Shown: positions 9,041 to 18,817 of the stretch, one piece after another | Position numbering within the stretch: position 1 is the first letter of the stretch | How the letters are laid out: every line of letters begins with the position of its first letter | Source of the DNA: Methylophilaceae bacterium | Lineage (GTDB): Bacteria; Pseudomonadota; Gammaproteobacteria; Burkholderiales; Methylophilaceae | DNA length: 24,771 nt | Assembly: GCA_041603755.1 (NCBI GenBank) | Contig: JBFIDU010000001.1 | Span: 1 to 24,771 of the forward strand | Direction: 5' to 3' | Notes under the pieces: generated by a model | Database searches by the model: none | What the model saw: only the letters and a program-made list of their open reading frames with translations | What the model was told of the DNA's origin: nothing | Translations under genes and position numbers: made by a program

Positions 9041-11599
9041 CTACTGAATTAACTGTTGTGACACGACATGCAGAAACTCAGAAAACGGCAACGGCTTACT
9101 ATAAAAATAGCCCTGCGCCTGATTGCACCCATATTCTTTTAATAATTTAACCTGTTCTTCAGTTTCTATTCCTTCTGCAACCAGTTGTTTATCTAAACTT
9201 TGTGCCATCGCTATAATCGCTTTGACTAAAGATGCTGCACTTGCCGTATTGGTAATATCCATCACAAATGAGCGATCAATTTTAACCTGTTTAATTGGAA
9301 ACTTACTCAAATAGGCAAGTGCAGAATAACCAGTGCCAAAATCATCTATGGATAAAGTAATGCCCATATCATCGATTTTCATCAATGTTTCTAGGGCTAA
9401 ATTAGTATCCTGCAGTAACAAGCTTTCTGTCATTTCTAATGTTATCCACTCAGGGCGGCAACCAGTTGCATTCAAACAACGTTGTAAATTGTGAATGAAG
9501 TCATGATCAGAAAACTCTTTCGTCGAGACATTAATTGCAATATTAAGCGGCTCATGTCTATTTTTATTTAATTGAGCAGCAACTTGACATGACGTTTCTA
9601 AAACCCAGGCACCTATATCGATTATTAACCCACTCTCCTCGGCGATGGGGATAAACTTATCAGGTTCAATCTGACCTAACACATGACCGTGCCATCTCAG
9701 CAAACATTCTGCCCCCACTATTTTGCCTGATTTCATCTCCACTTTTGGTTGGTATAGTAGGAAAAACTCCTTTTTCTGGATTGCATATCTTAGCGCAGTT
9801 GCGATAGCCAAATGCTCCATCGCTTCTTGTGTAAGCTCTGGCGTATAAAATTGGAAGTTATTGCGACCTTGTTTCTTGGCATCATACATCGCAGTATCGG
9901 CATATTTAATCAAATCGCCCACACTGTCACTATCAGCTGGATAGCAAGCAATCCCTATACTGGCACTAACAAAAAAGTTGATTTCATCAATTGTGAATGG
10001 CGCTGCCAGCTGCCCTGCTATATTTACTGCTAGTGCTACTAATTGCGCTTTATCTCTAAAATCAGGTACTAAAATTGCGAATTCATCACCTCCAATGCGG
10101 GCAACCATATCCTTTTTACCTACAATAGAAGCAATTCGTTTTGCTGCCTCAACCAACAATTCATCACCAACAACATGACCCAAGGTATCATTAATTTCTT
10201 TGAATAGGTCTAGATCCATAAAAAACAAGGCAAAGCTAGCTCCTTGATTGGCTAGTTTCTGTAGTTCTTGATTAATTAAACTCCGGTTTGGTAGCGAGGT
10301 AAGCGCATCATGATAGGCCATATACTCTAAATCATCACGGTACTTACTAATCTCTGATACATCATTGGCAATCGTCAATGCGCCGATCACTTGATGATGC
10401 TCATCGAACTCAGGAAGTAAAGTCACCATATTGACAATCGTTTTCCCATCCTCTTCACAATGCATTTCAAATGTTTGCTTTTCACCATGAAACAGTACGT
10501 GCATCAATCTTTCCTGGAACTCCTCTGCTGTAATATTCTTGATGGTTGGCATCCACATTTCTACTGGCGTTTTACCTATCAGAACGCTTGCCTTATCAAG
10601 ATTCGTGTTAACAAAAGTACGCCTGCAATTTGTGTCATAGCGAACAATCGTTAGCGGGAGATTTTTTAATAATGAGGTAAATTGCAAATCTTTTTCTGTA
10701 ATCGTAGAAAACAGCCGTCTTTCTTCGGTTACATCTCTTGCAAACCCAACTGTACCAATCACCTCATCATCAACAATTACTGGGGCCTTGTAGGTTTCAG
10801 CCCATGATGCATCGCCGCTTTTCTTTTTGACCTTTTCTACTAACGTAATAGACTCACCCGACTCCATGACTTTTAGGTCGTCTTCAACATATGTTTTTGC
10901 CAGTAACGGCGACCAAAAATCAAAGTCTGTTTTCCCTTCTAATAATTTAGGATCAGATACCCCCGCCATTTCTGCATATGCGGTATTCGCTGCCAATATT
11001 CGGCTCTGTTTATCCTTTAACCAGATCATAAAAGGAATGCTATCCAAAATTGTTTTGTGATAAACGCTTGTTCGCGCGAGCTCCTGCTCTACTAGGGGTT
11101 TCAGCGTTACAGTCTCTCTTATCATCAACATGCCTAGCATAAACTGATTGGCATTAAGGATTGGAGAGACTGATACTATTTCATAGGAAGCTTGCTTTTC
11201 ATTTATAGCTCTTGCCATGGTTCCAGCTTGTTTAGATGCCACGACTTTATCCAAAACTTTGTCATATTCAATCATCGAGCTGTCTGCAAAAACGGCTGCA
11301 AATGCTTGTCCCAACACTTGTTTTAATTCCAAACCATTTTGCTTCAATACTTGAGTATTCACATAAACAATCTGTTTGGTCGTATCCATTACGATCACCT
11401 GATTGAATGATGTTTCAAATAATGATCCAATCGTTGGCATCAACCCATCAATTGAGGAAATATTTGCATTCGATATGCCTAGCACTGTCTGGCCTATTAT
11501 TGATTTTTTTGTTTGCACTTGGCCCCCCGACCTTTTTATCACATACACAAACTTGTGAAATGTTTTATTCTTACTAAAAATATACAGCTTAAATTCCAC
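9041..11599 (-). CDS. PAS-PAS-PAS-GGDEF-EAL c-di-GMP signalling protein
   Basis: Three PAS-like repeats; YHDALTSLPNR, FMDLDLFKEINDTLGH, RIGGDEF; GAECLLRW, DDFGTGYS, IKQVKIDRSF, AEGIET and QGYFYSKP. The start is uncertain: the GTG at 11518, preceded by AGG/GGGGGG, is more plausible than 11599. Confidence 0.92.
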   Translation of the reverse strand: MEFKLYIFSKNKTFHKFVYVIKRSGGQVQTKKSIIGQTVLGISNANISSIDGLMPTIGSLFETSFNQVIVMDTTKQIVYVNTQVLKQNGLELKQVLGQAFAAVFADSSMIEYDKVLDKVVASKQAGTMARAINEKQASYEIVSVSPILNANQFMLGMLMIRETVTLKPLVEQELARTSVYHKTILDSIPFMIWLKDKQSRILAANTAYAEMAGVSDPKLLEGKTDFDFWSPLLAKTYVEDDLKVMESGESITLVEKVKKKSGDASWAETYKAPVIVDDEVIGTVGFARDVTEERRLFSTITEKDLQFTSLLKNLPLTIVRYDTNCRRTFVNTNLDKASVLIGKTPVEMWMPTIKNITAEEFQERLMHVLFHGEKQTFEMHCEEDGKTIVNMVTLLPEFDEHHQVIGALTIANDVSEISKYRDDLEYMAYHDALTSLPNRSLINQELQKLANQGASFALFFMDLDLFKEINDTLGHVVGDELLVEAAKRIASIVGKKDMVARIGGDEFAILVPDFRDKAQLVALAVNIAGQLAAPFTIDEINFFVSASIGIACYPADSDSVGDLIKYADTAMYDAKKQGRNNFQFYTPELTQEAMEHLAIATALRYAIQKKEFFLLYQPKVEMKSGKIVGAECLLRWHGHVLGQIEPDKFIPIAEESGLIIDIGAWVLETSCQVAAQLNKNRHEPLNIAINVSTKEFSDHDFIHNLQRCLNATGCRPEWITLEMTESLLLQDTNLALETLMKIDDMGITLSIDDFGTGYSALAYLSKFPIKQVKIDRSFVMDITNTASAASLVKAIIAMAQSLDKQLVAEGIETEEQVKLLKEYGCNQAQGYFYSKPLPFSEFLHVVSQQLIQ

Positions 11600-11660
11600 T
11601 GCGCCAAATATTTTTTACTGTAGTATATAGCCCTACGATGTTTTAACGACTTTACTTACA

Positions 11661-12452
11661 ATGTTTACACACCCACAATTCGACCCTGTTGCCATCCATA
11701 TCGGCTCTGTTGGTATTCACTGGTATGGTTTGATGTATCTAACAGGATTTTTGGGATTTCTTTTTCTAGGCCAATATCAAATCAAACATAAACCATGGTT
11801 TAATTGGAACAAAACCATGTTGGATGATGCATTATTTTATGGTGCCTTAGGTGTCATTATTGGTGGTCGCTTAGGTTATGTGCTCTTTTATCAAGCAACT
11901 TACTTCCTGCAACACCCCCTAGAAATTTTAGCAGTGTGGCAAGGCGGCATGAGCTTTCATGGCGGTTTTCTGGGTGTACTTATTGCCATGTACCTGTTTA
12001 ACAAAAAACACCCTCAGTCTTGGCTAAAAACGATGGACTTTGTAGCCCCTTTAGTGCCGATTGGCTTGGGCGCTGGCCGCATGGGTAACTTTATCAATGG
12101 AGAGCTCTGGGGACGTGTTACTAACACCAGCTTTGGCATGATTTTCCCACAAGCAGATAATTTACCACGTCATGCCTCCCAATTATATGAGTTTGCATTA
12201 GAAGGCGTGCTGCTATTTATTATTTTATGGTGGTTTTCTGGCAAACAAAGACCAACAGGTGCAATTTCAGCATTATTTCTAATTGGTTACGGAAGCTTCA
12301 GATTCTTGGTAGAGTTTACGCGACAACCTGATGACTTTTTAGGCTTACTCGGACTTGGTTTATCTATGGGCCAGTGGCTGAGCCTTCCGATGATAATTGC
12401 TGGCTCTTGGATGTTGCGTGCCGCATATCAAAAGCGTTTTGAAAAGCCATGA
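11661..12452 (+). CDS. lgt: Prolipoprotein diacylglyceryl transferase
   Basis: [50 protein letters not shown] and RHASQLYE. Confidence 0.97.
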   Translation: MFTHPQFDPVAIHIGSVGIHWYGLMYLTGFLGFLFLGQYQIKHKPWFNWNKTMLDDALFYGALGVIIGGRLGYVLFYQATYFLQHPLEILAVWQGGMSFHGGFLGVLIAMYLFNKKHPQSWLKTMDFVAPLVPIGLGAGRMGNFINGELWGRVTNTSFGMIFPQADNLPRHASQLYEFALEGVLLFIILWWFSGKQRPTGAISALFLIGYGSFRFLVEFTRQPDDFLGLLGLGLSMGQWLSLPMIIAGSWMLRAAYQKRFEKP

Positions 12453-12473
12453 TTTCGTTGCTGTCGAAATCAT
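12449..12473. repeat. Perfect 9-bp inverted repeat at the lgt stop codon
   Basis: ATGATTTCG-ttgctgt-CGAAATCAT, with no U-tract on the plus strand. Confidence 0.6.
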
Positions 12474-12579
12474 AACAATCTTATCAATTTTACATCAGCA
12501 ACATCTTTATCTAAGATTAACAGCAAAGATTTTTAATTTAAAAATCATAATGTTATCTCGCATGTGACAAATCCACATC

Positions 12580-12596
12580 TTGGCATAGCTATTGCT
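12580..12596 (+). promoter_or_regulatory. Candidate sigma54 (-24/-12) promoter
   Basis: TTGGCATAGCTATTGCT matches TGGCAY-N5-TTGCW with exact spacing; it is intergenic and oriented toward the ORF at 12633. Confidence 0.6.
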
Positions 12597-12632
12597 CCAA
12601 ATGAAGTACCTTAATCTATTTATAAAAGTTCT

Positions 12633-12815
12633 ATGAAAAGCATCATTGAAAAACTATTTAGGCGCAATGTACCAAGCTACAACTACATCGTTACCGAGTA
12701 CAAACCCAGTCGTGGCAAAGCCATGAGTAAGCCTGCAAGGCTAACTGAGTACGACCTAGAGTCAAATACTAACGCAGACGAAATGGATATTGATAATATT
12801 TACAAAAAGAATTGA
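12633..12815 (+). CDS. Small hypothetical protein (60 aa)
   Basis: The ORF fills the otherwise empty gap between lgt and ybdD, overlaps no gene and lies downstream of a sigma54-like motif. It has no recognisable domain and a weak SD. Confidence 0.55.
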   Translation: MKSIIEKLFRRNVPSYNYIVTEYKPSRGKAMSKPARLTEYDLESNTNADEMDIDNIYKKN

Positions 12816-12825
12816 ACGCTACCAA

Positions 12826-13017
12826 TTAACAGCAGCGGTTTATTCCCTTCCATTTGTTATCTTGCCAAAGCTTAAAAAAAGCCTGTCGCGATAATGGCGG
12901 TGGTGCATCAACAGATGTTGCATGAAATTCGGCGTGATGATTGAGATAGCGCTCATAAGCATCATCGCCAGTTAGGCGGCGAATTAAGTGCCAAATATGG
13001 ATTACCTTCTTCAACAT
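12826..13017 (-). CDS. YbdD/YjiX family (DUF466) CstA-associated small protein
   Basis: LTGDDAYERYLNH...LSRQAFF...RCC C-terminus; located 2 nt downstream of cstA. Confidence 0.9.
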   Translation of the reverse strand: MLKKVIHIWHLIRRLTGDDAYERYLNHHAEFHATSVDAPPPLSRQAFFKLWQDNKWKGINRCC

Positions 13018-13019
13018 AA

Positions 13020-15074
13020 TTATTCCAGAGCCGTTTTCACATAGGGTGTTTCAGTCGTTGGCAATATTTTTTTACCCTGTATGTGGCGCACACAAACATT
13101 CACCATATCCGCAATCACTACCCACAGCACAACAACAAAAAACATTGTAATGTATGCATCCAAATGTTGATTTAATATCAATTGTGGTGCTACGGCTGCC
13201 TTATTTCCTGGCAACACACCAGCTGATAATTGAGCACTTAAGTGATTGGCTGCTGCAAAAAATCCAATACGTAAATCATCACTGAATATTTTTTCATATG
13301 CTGCCACTGTTGTAATGATCACTAACCAAAGCAGTGGCAACCCTGTTACCCACACATATTTTAACTTGCCAGACTTAACTATAATGCTGGTCCCAACACA
13401 TAATGCAATGGCTGCTAACATTTGGTTGGCGATACCAAATAATGGCCACAAGATATTAACGCCTCCATTAGGGTCAATGACACCGATATACAAAAAATAT
13501 CCCCAACCAGCCACAACAAGTGCACTGGTTAGTATGACGGATGGCATATAAGATGTTTCTCCCAGTTTTTGATTAAAGTTACCCAGTATATCTTGTAACA
13601 TAAACCGTCCAACCCTAGTTCCAGCATCAAGCGTTGTCAGGATAAATAAAGCTTCGAACATGATGGCAAAGTGGTACCACAAAGCCAGCAAACTTTTCCC
13701 AAATGCACTGGCAAAAATACTTGCCATGCCTACAGCTAAGCTTGGCGCACCGCCAGTTCTAGCGAACAATGTAGATTCACCCATATCTTTGGCCAACTGC
13801 TCCATTTGCTCAACTGTAACAGGGAAACCCCAGTTATTTATCGTTGTAACCGCATCAATAGCACTTTTACCAACAACCCCGGCTGGGCTGTTGATAGCGA
13901 AAAATACACCTGGCTCTAAAACTGTTGCGGCAATCATCGCCATAATGGCAACAAAACTTTCTAACAGCATTGCACCATAACCAATCATGCGAATATCACG
14001 TTCGTTGGCTAACAATTTTGGGGTTGTGCCTGAGGCAATCAATGCATGAAAACCTGAAACCGCGCCGCAAGCAATTGTGATAAATACAAACGGGAACAAC
14101 TTACCGCCAAATATCGGTCCTGTACCATCAACAAACTGTGTGACTGCAGGCATGTGTATTTCTGGACCCAATACGATAATAGCAATCGCTAGTAAAAAAA
14201 TAGTGCCTAATTTCATAAAGGTAGAAAGATAGTCGCGCGGTGCTAATAATAACCAAACAGGCAAAACGGCTGCTGAGAAACCATAAAAAATAATTGCATA
14301 GGCCAACACCAGACCATCATGATCAAACAAATCTCGCAAGCCTGATTGATGGTCTATCCAGCCACCTGCAAAGACTGACAGTAATAATAATATCAACCCG
14401 ATAGCCGAAGCTTCCAATACACGCCCAGGACGAATATGTCGCATATACAGGCCTATAATCATAGCAATCGGTATGGTAGCTGCAATAGTAGAAGTGGCCC
14501 ATGGGCTATGTTTCATCGCATTAACGACTACCAAACCTAATACGGCAATTAAGATAATCATAATCATGAAAGTACCAATTAATGCAGCAGTACCTCCTAT
14601 CGGTCCAATTTCATCACGCGCCATCTGACCTAAGCTACGTCCATTACGGCGAGTGGAGATGAATAACGTCACCATATCTTGGACGGCACCGCCCAGTACT
14701 ACACCAATGAGTATCCATAGCGTCCCTGGCAAATATCCAAACTGTGCAGCAAGCGTTGGCCCAATTAACGGTCCTGGCCCAGATATAGCAGCAAAATGAT
14801 GGCCAAATACTATCCACTTATTCGTCGGCAGAAAATCACGCCCATTGTCTAGGCGCTCGGCTGGCGTTGCTCTGGTCTCATCAATCACCAGTACTTTTGC
14901 TGCTATCCATGCTGCATAGAAACGATAGGCTATGGCATAAATACAAACCGCTGCCGTAACCATCCAGAGCGCATTAATGCTCTCACCACGATTTAGGGCT
15001 ATAGCGGAAAGCGCGTAAGCGCCGAGTAGCGCAATCGCAAACCAAATGACCGATTTCAATAGTTTTTGCATCAT
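13020..15074 (-). CDS. cstA: Carbon starvation protein A family transporter (CstA/BtsT-like)
   Basis: FGHHFAAISGPGPLIGP, LLLAPRDYLSTFMK, IACGAVSGFHAL, RTGGAPSLAVG, LTTLDAGTRVGRF and LWPLFGIANQ. Confidence 0.95.
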   Translation of the reverse strand: MMQKLLKSVIWFAIALLGAYALSAIALNRGESINALWMVTAAVCIYAIAYRFYAAWIAAKVLVIDETRATPAERLDNGRDFLPTNKWIVFGHHFAAISGPGPLIGPTLAAQFGYLPGTLWILIGVVLGGAVQDMVTLFISTRRNGRSLGQMARDEIGPIGGTAALIGTFMIMIILIAVLGLVVVNAMKHSPWATSTIAATIPIAMIIGLYMRHIRPGRVLEASAIGLILLLLSVFAGGWIDHQSGLRDLFDHDGLVLAYAIIFYGFSAAVLPVWLLLAPRDYLSTFMKLGTIFLLAIAIIVLGPEIHMPAVTQFVDGTGPIFGGKLFPFVFITIACGAVSGFHALIASGTTPKLLANERDIRMIGYGAMLLESFVAIMAMIAATVLEPGVFFAINSPAGVVGKSAIDAVTTINNWGFPVTVEQMEQLAKDMGESTLFARTGGAPSLAVGMASIFASAFGKSLLALWYHFAIMFEALFILTTLDAGTRVGRFMLQDILGNFNQKLGETSYMPSVILTSALVVAGWGYFLYIGVIDPNGGVNILWPLFGIANQMLAAIALCVGTSIIVKSGKLKYVWVTGLPLLWLVIITTVAAYEKIFSDDLRIGFFAAANHLSAQLSAGVLPGNKAAVAPQLILNQHLDAYITMFFVVVLWVVIADMVNVCVRHIQGKKILPTTETPYVKTALE

Positions 15075-15162
15075 CTTTCGTCTTTAAATAAAAAATTCTA
15101 ATTCAATAAACAGCCCCTACAAGGGTAGAACAAAATCCATCAGTTTATTTTATAACTTAACT

Positions 15163-15837
15163 TTACAATAAACCAACTTCGGCAAAAGACAGCGTCTCAT
15201 TTCCAGCCACGATAAAATGGTCTAAAACCCTAACATCAATTAAAGCGAGTGCTTTTGTTAATTCTTTCGTAATCATTTCATCCGCTTGACTTTGCTTAGC
15301 TATCCCTGATGGATGGTTATGTGCAAACATTACAGAGGCAGCATTATGATGCAATGTCCTTTTGACGACTTCTCGTGGGTAGACACTGGTCTGTGTTAAT
15401 GTACCACTGAACATCTCCTCCATTGCAATTAAGCGATTTTGAGCATCCAAAAATAGCACCATAAAAACCTCTTTTGGTTCATTCGCTAATTTTAATACTA
15501 AATAATTGCGTACCTGCTGTGGAGAGCTGAGCACGTCTTTTTTTCTGATCTGTTCAGATAAAGCACGCCGACTCATCTCGAAAACTGCTTGTAACTGCGC
15601 GTATTTACTCAGCCCCATACCATGCACTAAGCTAATCTCCTTCGCGCTTGCCGCATAGATACCATTTAAGCTACCAAACTGCATTAACAAGTCTCTAGCT
15701 AAATCGACTGCGCTTTTACCATGCACTCCCATGCGCAAGAAAATAGCTAGCAACTCAGCATCTGATAACGCCTGTGCACCCAACTCAATTAACTTCTCTC
15801 GCGGCCGCTCACTTGCGGGCCAATCTGTTATCGCCAT
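15163..15837 (-). CDS. radC: RadC/UPF0758 family JAB-domain protein
   Basis: [22 protein letters not shown], HhH region, VYPREVV, AHNHPSG...SQAD and LDHFIV. Confidence 0.96.
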   Translation of the reverse strand: MAITDWPASERPREKLIELGAQALSDAELLAIFLRMGVHGKSAVDLARDLLMQFGSLNGIYAASAKEISLVHGMGLSKYAQLQAVFEMSRRALSEQIRKKDVLSSPQQVRNYLVLKLANEPKEVFMVLFLDAQNRLIAMEEMFSGTLTQTSVYPREVVKRTLHHNAASVMFAHNHPSGIAKQSQADEMITKELTKALALIDVRVLDHFIVAGNETLSFAEVGLL

Positions 15838-15878
15838 TTATTATTATTCTTACAGTTTTTTATGAATTTAATTAAAAG

Positions 15879-16643
15879 TTACTTTATCCATCCAATTTCA
15901 CGTGCTGTTTTCGGACCAATAAGTGTTTGATCTAAACTTAGTGGGATCTTTTTTTCTGCCACATTTATTGGCACATACCCTCCCATTATCTCCGCAAAAT
16001 CTTGAGGATATAATGGCTGCTTATCTGGATTTGCAAAGCCATCTGGATATATTGGTTGACCAGTTAATAAGTCATATTTGTCCGATGCTGATAACGTGTG
16101 TAACAGCTCATGTGCCGTAACCACTAAATTCTTTTTGGCATAAGATTGGTTACCAAACAAATTCACCCTACCTAAACGTCCCTTATCAAGAGCTGTAGAA
16201 TGCTGTAATGTCTGATGTGTATCAGGGTCATAAAATAATAAGTAAAGTCGAATATCTGGATTCACAGGCACCTTGGGACTATTGTTCCAAGCAAACCACC
16301 TGAATCTCAAGCTCCACAGCATATTTTGAATAACACTATCCCCTGCAGGAGGAGGTGGTGGCATCTGGTCAACAATCTCACCTAACTCTATAGCAATTGG
16401 TCTTCGCATATCCAGTTGATAATGTGCTGCTTCTTGAGCAAAAAACACCTCTATCTCTTCAAAATCATCCCTTTTTAAAGCTTTAATATAATCATCCACT
16501 TTTTTACTGCCGTCAGCATTGACTGGGTAAAGTGCAATATAAAAGTTATCATTCCAATCTAAATCAGCTTTTTCGATATAAGCTTGCCTTGCCACAGTTG
16601 CAAGGACAATCAACAACACACTAGTTCTAAGAATGCGCCACAT
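15879..16643 (-). CDS. Uncharacterised membrane-anchored or exported protein with a zinc-metallopeptidase motif
   Basis: N-terminal hydrophobic helix; HELLHTLSASDKY at residues 178-190; EIMGG at Met220. Confidence 0.75.
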   Translation of the reverse strand: MWRILRTSVLLIVLATVARQAYIEKADLDWNDNFYIALYPVNADGSKKVDDYIKALKRDDFEEIEVFFAQEAAHYQLDMRRPIAIELGEIVDQMPPPPPAGDSVIQNMLWSLRFRWFAWNNSPKVPVNPDIRLYLLFYDPDTHQTLQHSTALDKGRLGRVNLFGNQSYAKKNLVVTAHELLHTLSASDKYDLLTGQPIYPDGFANPDKQPLYPQDFAEIMGGYVPINVAEKKIPLSLDQTLIGPKTAREIGWIK

Positions 16644-16704
16644 TGTTTTGATCTATTTATTATCGTTTCATATTAAAATGCAAGCATTACATAAATGTTG
16701 ACAG

Positions 16705-17895
16705 ATGTACAAAGCAAATATGCAAAAGGCCAAATCTTTAGTCTTAGGTATCACTGGAGGAATTGCTGCTTATAAAGCGGCAGAACTCGTTCGCTTATTA
16801 ATTAAAGATGACATTGATGTGCAAGTAGTGATGACAGAAGCGGCTACACAGTTTATTACACCATTAACAATGCAAGCACTATCTGGTAAACCTGTCTATG
16901 TCGGTATGTGGAATAGCAACATTGATAATGGCATGCCGCACATCGAACTAAGCCGTAAAGCGGATGCAATTTTAATTGCGCCAGCTTCAGCTGAATTTGT
17001 TGCAAAACTCTTGCATGGTCGTGCTGATGATTTACTCTCTACACTATGCTTGGCTCGCGACTGCCCTTTACTTGTAGCTCCTGCCATGAACAAACAAATG
17101 TGGGAAAACCCAGCGACACAGCGCAACTTTGCACAGCTTCGCGCTGAAAATATTCGCATTTTTGGTCCCGGGAATGGCGAACAAGCTTGTGGCGAAACAG
17201 GAGATGGTCGCATGCTTGAGGCAGAGCAGTTATTGGCACTAGTAAATGCTCACTTTACACCCAAAATCCTAGCTTATAAGAAGATCCTGATCACTGCTGG
17301 TGCAACGATAGAAATGATTGATCCTGTACGCGGCATCACTAACTTAAGTAGCGGCAAAATGGGTTATGCCCTGGCACAAGCTGCAACGGACATGGGCGCT
17401 AAGGTGACATTAATTAGTGGTCTTACTCATTTGAATCCACCAGACAATGTCTCCATGCATAAAGCCGAAAGTGCAGATGCGATGTATCAAGCTGTTATGC
17501 ACAATATCGACGAACAAGACATCTTTATTGGCGTTGCCGCCGTAGCGGATTATGCACCATCTGAAACAGCTAATCAGAAGATTAAGAAGAACGCAGACAT
17601 TCTTAATTTACAACTAAAACGCAACAAAGACATATTAGCTGATGTGGCGGCATTAGCTAACCCTCCTTTTTGTGTCGGATTTGCTGCAGAAAGTGAGCAA
17701 ATTATAGAATATGCATCACAAAAACGTATCGCAAAAAAGCTACCACTAATTGTTGCAAATGAGGTTTCAGCAATGGGAAGCAATTTCAATCAAGTGACAC
17801 TGATTGATCAAAGTGGCACATACCCACTTAAGCAATCTACAAAGTCGGAGATTGCACATAAGATTCTCGAACATATAAGTAAAATGCTACCGTAA
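16705..17895 (+). CDS. coaBC: Bifunctional phosphopantothenoylcysteine decarboxylase/phosphopantothenate--cysteine ligase
   Basis: GITGGIAAYK, HIELSR, APAMN, QACGETGDGRM, DPVRGITNLSSGKMG and VGFAAES. An alternative start exists at 16720. Confidence 0.97.
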   Translation: MYKANMQKAKSLVLGITGGIAAYKAAELVRLLIKDDIDVQVVMTEAATQFITPLTMQALSGKPVYVGMWNSNIDNGMPHIELSRKADAILIAPASAEFVAKLLHGRADDLLSTLCLARDCPLLVAPAMNKQMWENPATQRNFAQLRAENIRIFGPGNGEQACGETGDGRMLEAEQLLALVNAHFTPKILAYKKILITAGATIEMIDPVRGITNLSSGKMGYALAQAATDMGAKVTLISGLTHLNPPDNVSMHKAESADAMYQAVMHNIDEQDIFIGVAAVADYAPSETANQKIKKNADILNLQLKRNKDILADVAALANPPFCVGFAAESEQIIEYASQKRIAKKLPLIVANEVSAMGSNFNQVTLIDQSGTYPLKQSTKSEIAHKILEHISKMLP

Positions 17896-18011
17896 AAATA
17901 TAAGTTTTAACCTTGTATTAAAATACATCAGCGCTGTCATTTTTGATTGCCTAGTGATTTTCATCACCAATTAGTGTTTAATAACATATTGATTTTATCT
18001 AAGAAAATGTC

Positions 18012-18464
18012 ATGTCAATAAATGTAGATTTAAAAATACTTGATAACCGCCTGCTTCACATGATGCCAAGCTATGCAACACCAGGCTCAGCTGGTCTGGA
18101 CTTAAGGGCTTGCGTAGAGCACACACAAACAATACAACCAGGCGAAACAACGATGATTCCTACTGGCATGGCTATCCATATTGATAATGCCTATTACGCA
18201 GCACTTATCCTACCTAGATCAGGTTTAGGCCACAAACATGGAATTGTCTTAGGTAATTTAGTTGGTTTGATAGATTCTGATTATCAAGGTCAGCTATTGG
18301 TTTCATGTTGGAATCGCAGTAAAGAAGCATTTATGCTTAACCCCATGGAGCGCATTGCACAACTCGTTATTGTTCCTGTTGTACAAGCTGATTTCCACAT
18401 AGTCGATGAATTCTCAGCCTCAGAACGCGGTGAAGGTGGTTTTGGTAGTACAGGGAAACACTAA
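18012..18464 (+). CDS. dut: dUTP diphosphatase
   Basis: [34 protein letters not shown] and [10 protein letters not shown]. Confidence 0.98.
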   Translation: MSINVDLKILDNRLLHMMPSYATPGSAGLDLRACVEHTQTIQPGETTMIPTGMAIHIDNAYYAALILPRSGLGHKHGIVLGNLVGLIDSDYQGQLLVSCWNRSKEAFMLNPMERIAQLVIVPVVQADFHIVDEFSASERGEGGFGSTGKH

Positions 18465-18500
18465 AAAGTACATTAATTGATACAAAAATGTTTTTTTAAG

Positions 18501-18529
18501 TTGAACTACGCAAGCGTTTCTACTATAAT
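18501..18529 (+). promoter_or_regulatory. sigma70 promoter of rpmB-rpmG
   Basis: TTGAAC-17 nt-TATAAT preceded by an A/T-rich UP-like tract. Confidence 0.8.
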
Positions 18530-18568
18530 TGCGGTCTTTCTGAAAAGACAAAGTATCTGGAGATAACC

Positions 18569-18805
18569 ATGGCACGTGTATGTCAGGTAACAGGCAAAAA
18601 GCCGATGGTGGGTAACAATGTTTCTCACGCACAAAATAAAACAAGACGTCGTTTTCTACCAAATTTACAAAACCGTAAATTCTGGGTTGAGAGTGAAAAC
18701 CGCTGGGTAAGCTTACGTATTACCAATGCAGCATTACGCACTATCGACAAGAACGGCATAGATGCAGTGCTTGAAAAAATGCGCGCTGCTGGCGAAAAAA
18801 TCTAA
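18569..18805 (+). CDS. rpmB: 50S ribosomal protein bL28
   Basis: [33 protein letters not shown]; SD GGAG. Confidence 0.98.
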   Translation: MARVCQVTGKKPMVGNNVSHAQNKTRRRFLPNLQNRKFWVESENRWVSLRITNAALRTIDKNGIDAVLEKMRAAGEKI

Positions 18806-18817
18806 GGAGCATAAATT

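Noticed and set aside
12826-12837. Selenocysteine read-through in the YbdD/YjiX protein
   Set aside because: The C-terminus is CGC TGC TGT TAA (RCC then ochre), so there is no in-frame TGA.
15163-15837. radC as a marker of a mobile element or as a DNA-repair gene
   Set aside because: It is the full-length HhH+JAB chromosomal type near coaBC-dut-rpmB, with no mobility genes nearby. A repair role for RadC is not established.
17896-18011. Short palindromes TGTATT-aa-AATACA and GTGAT-tttc-ATCAC between coaBC and dut
   Set aside because: Stems of 5-6 bp are expected by chance in very AT-rich DNA.
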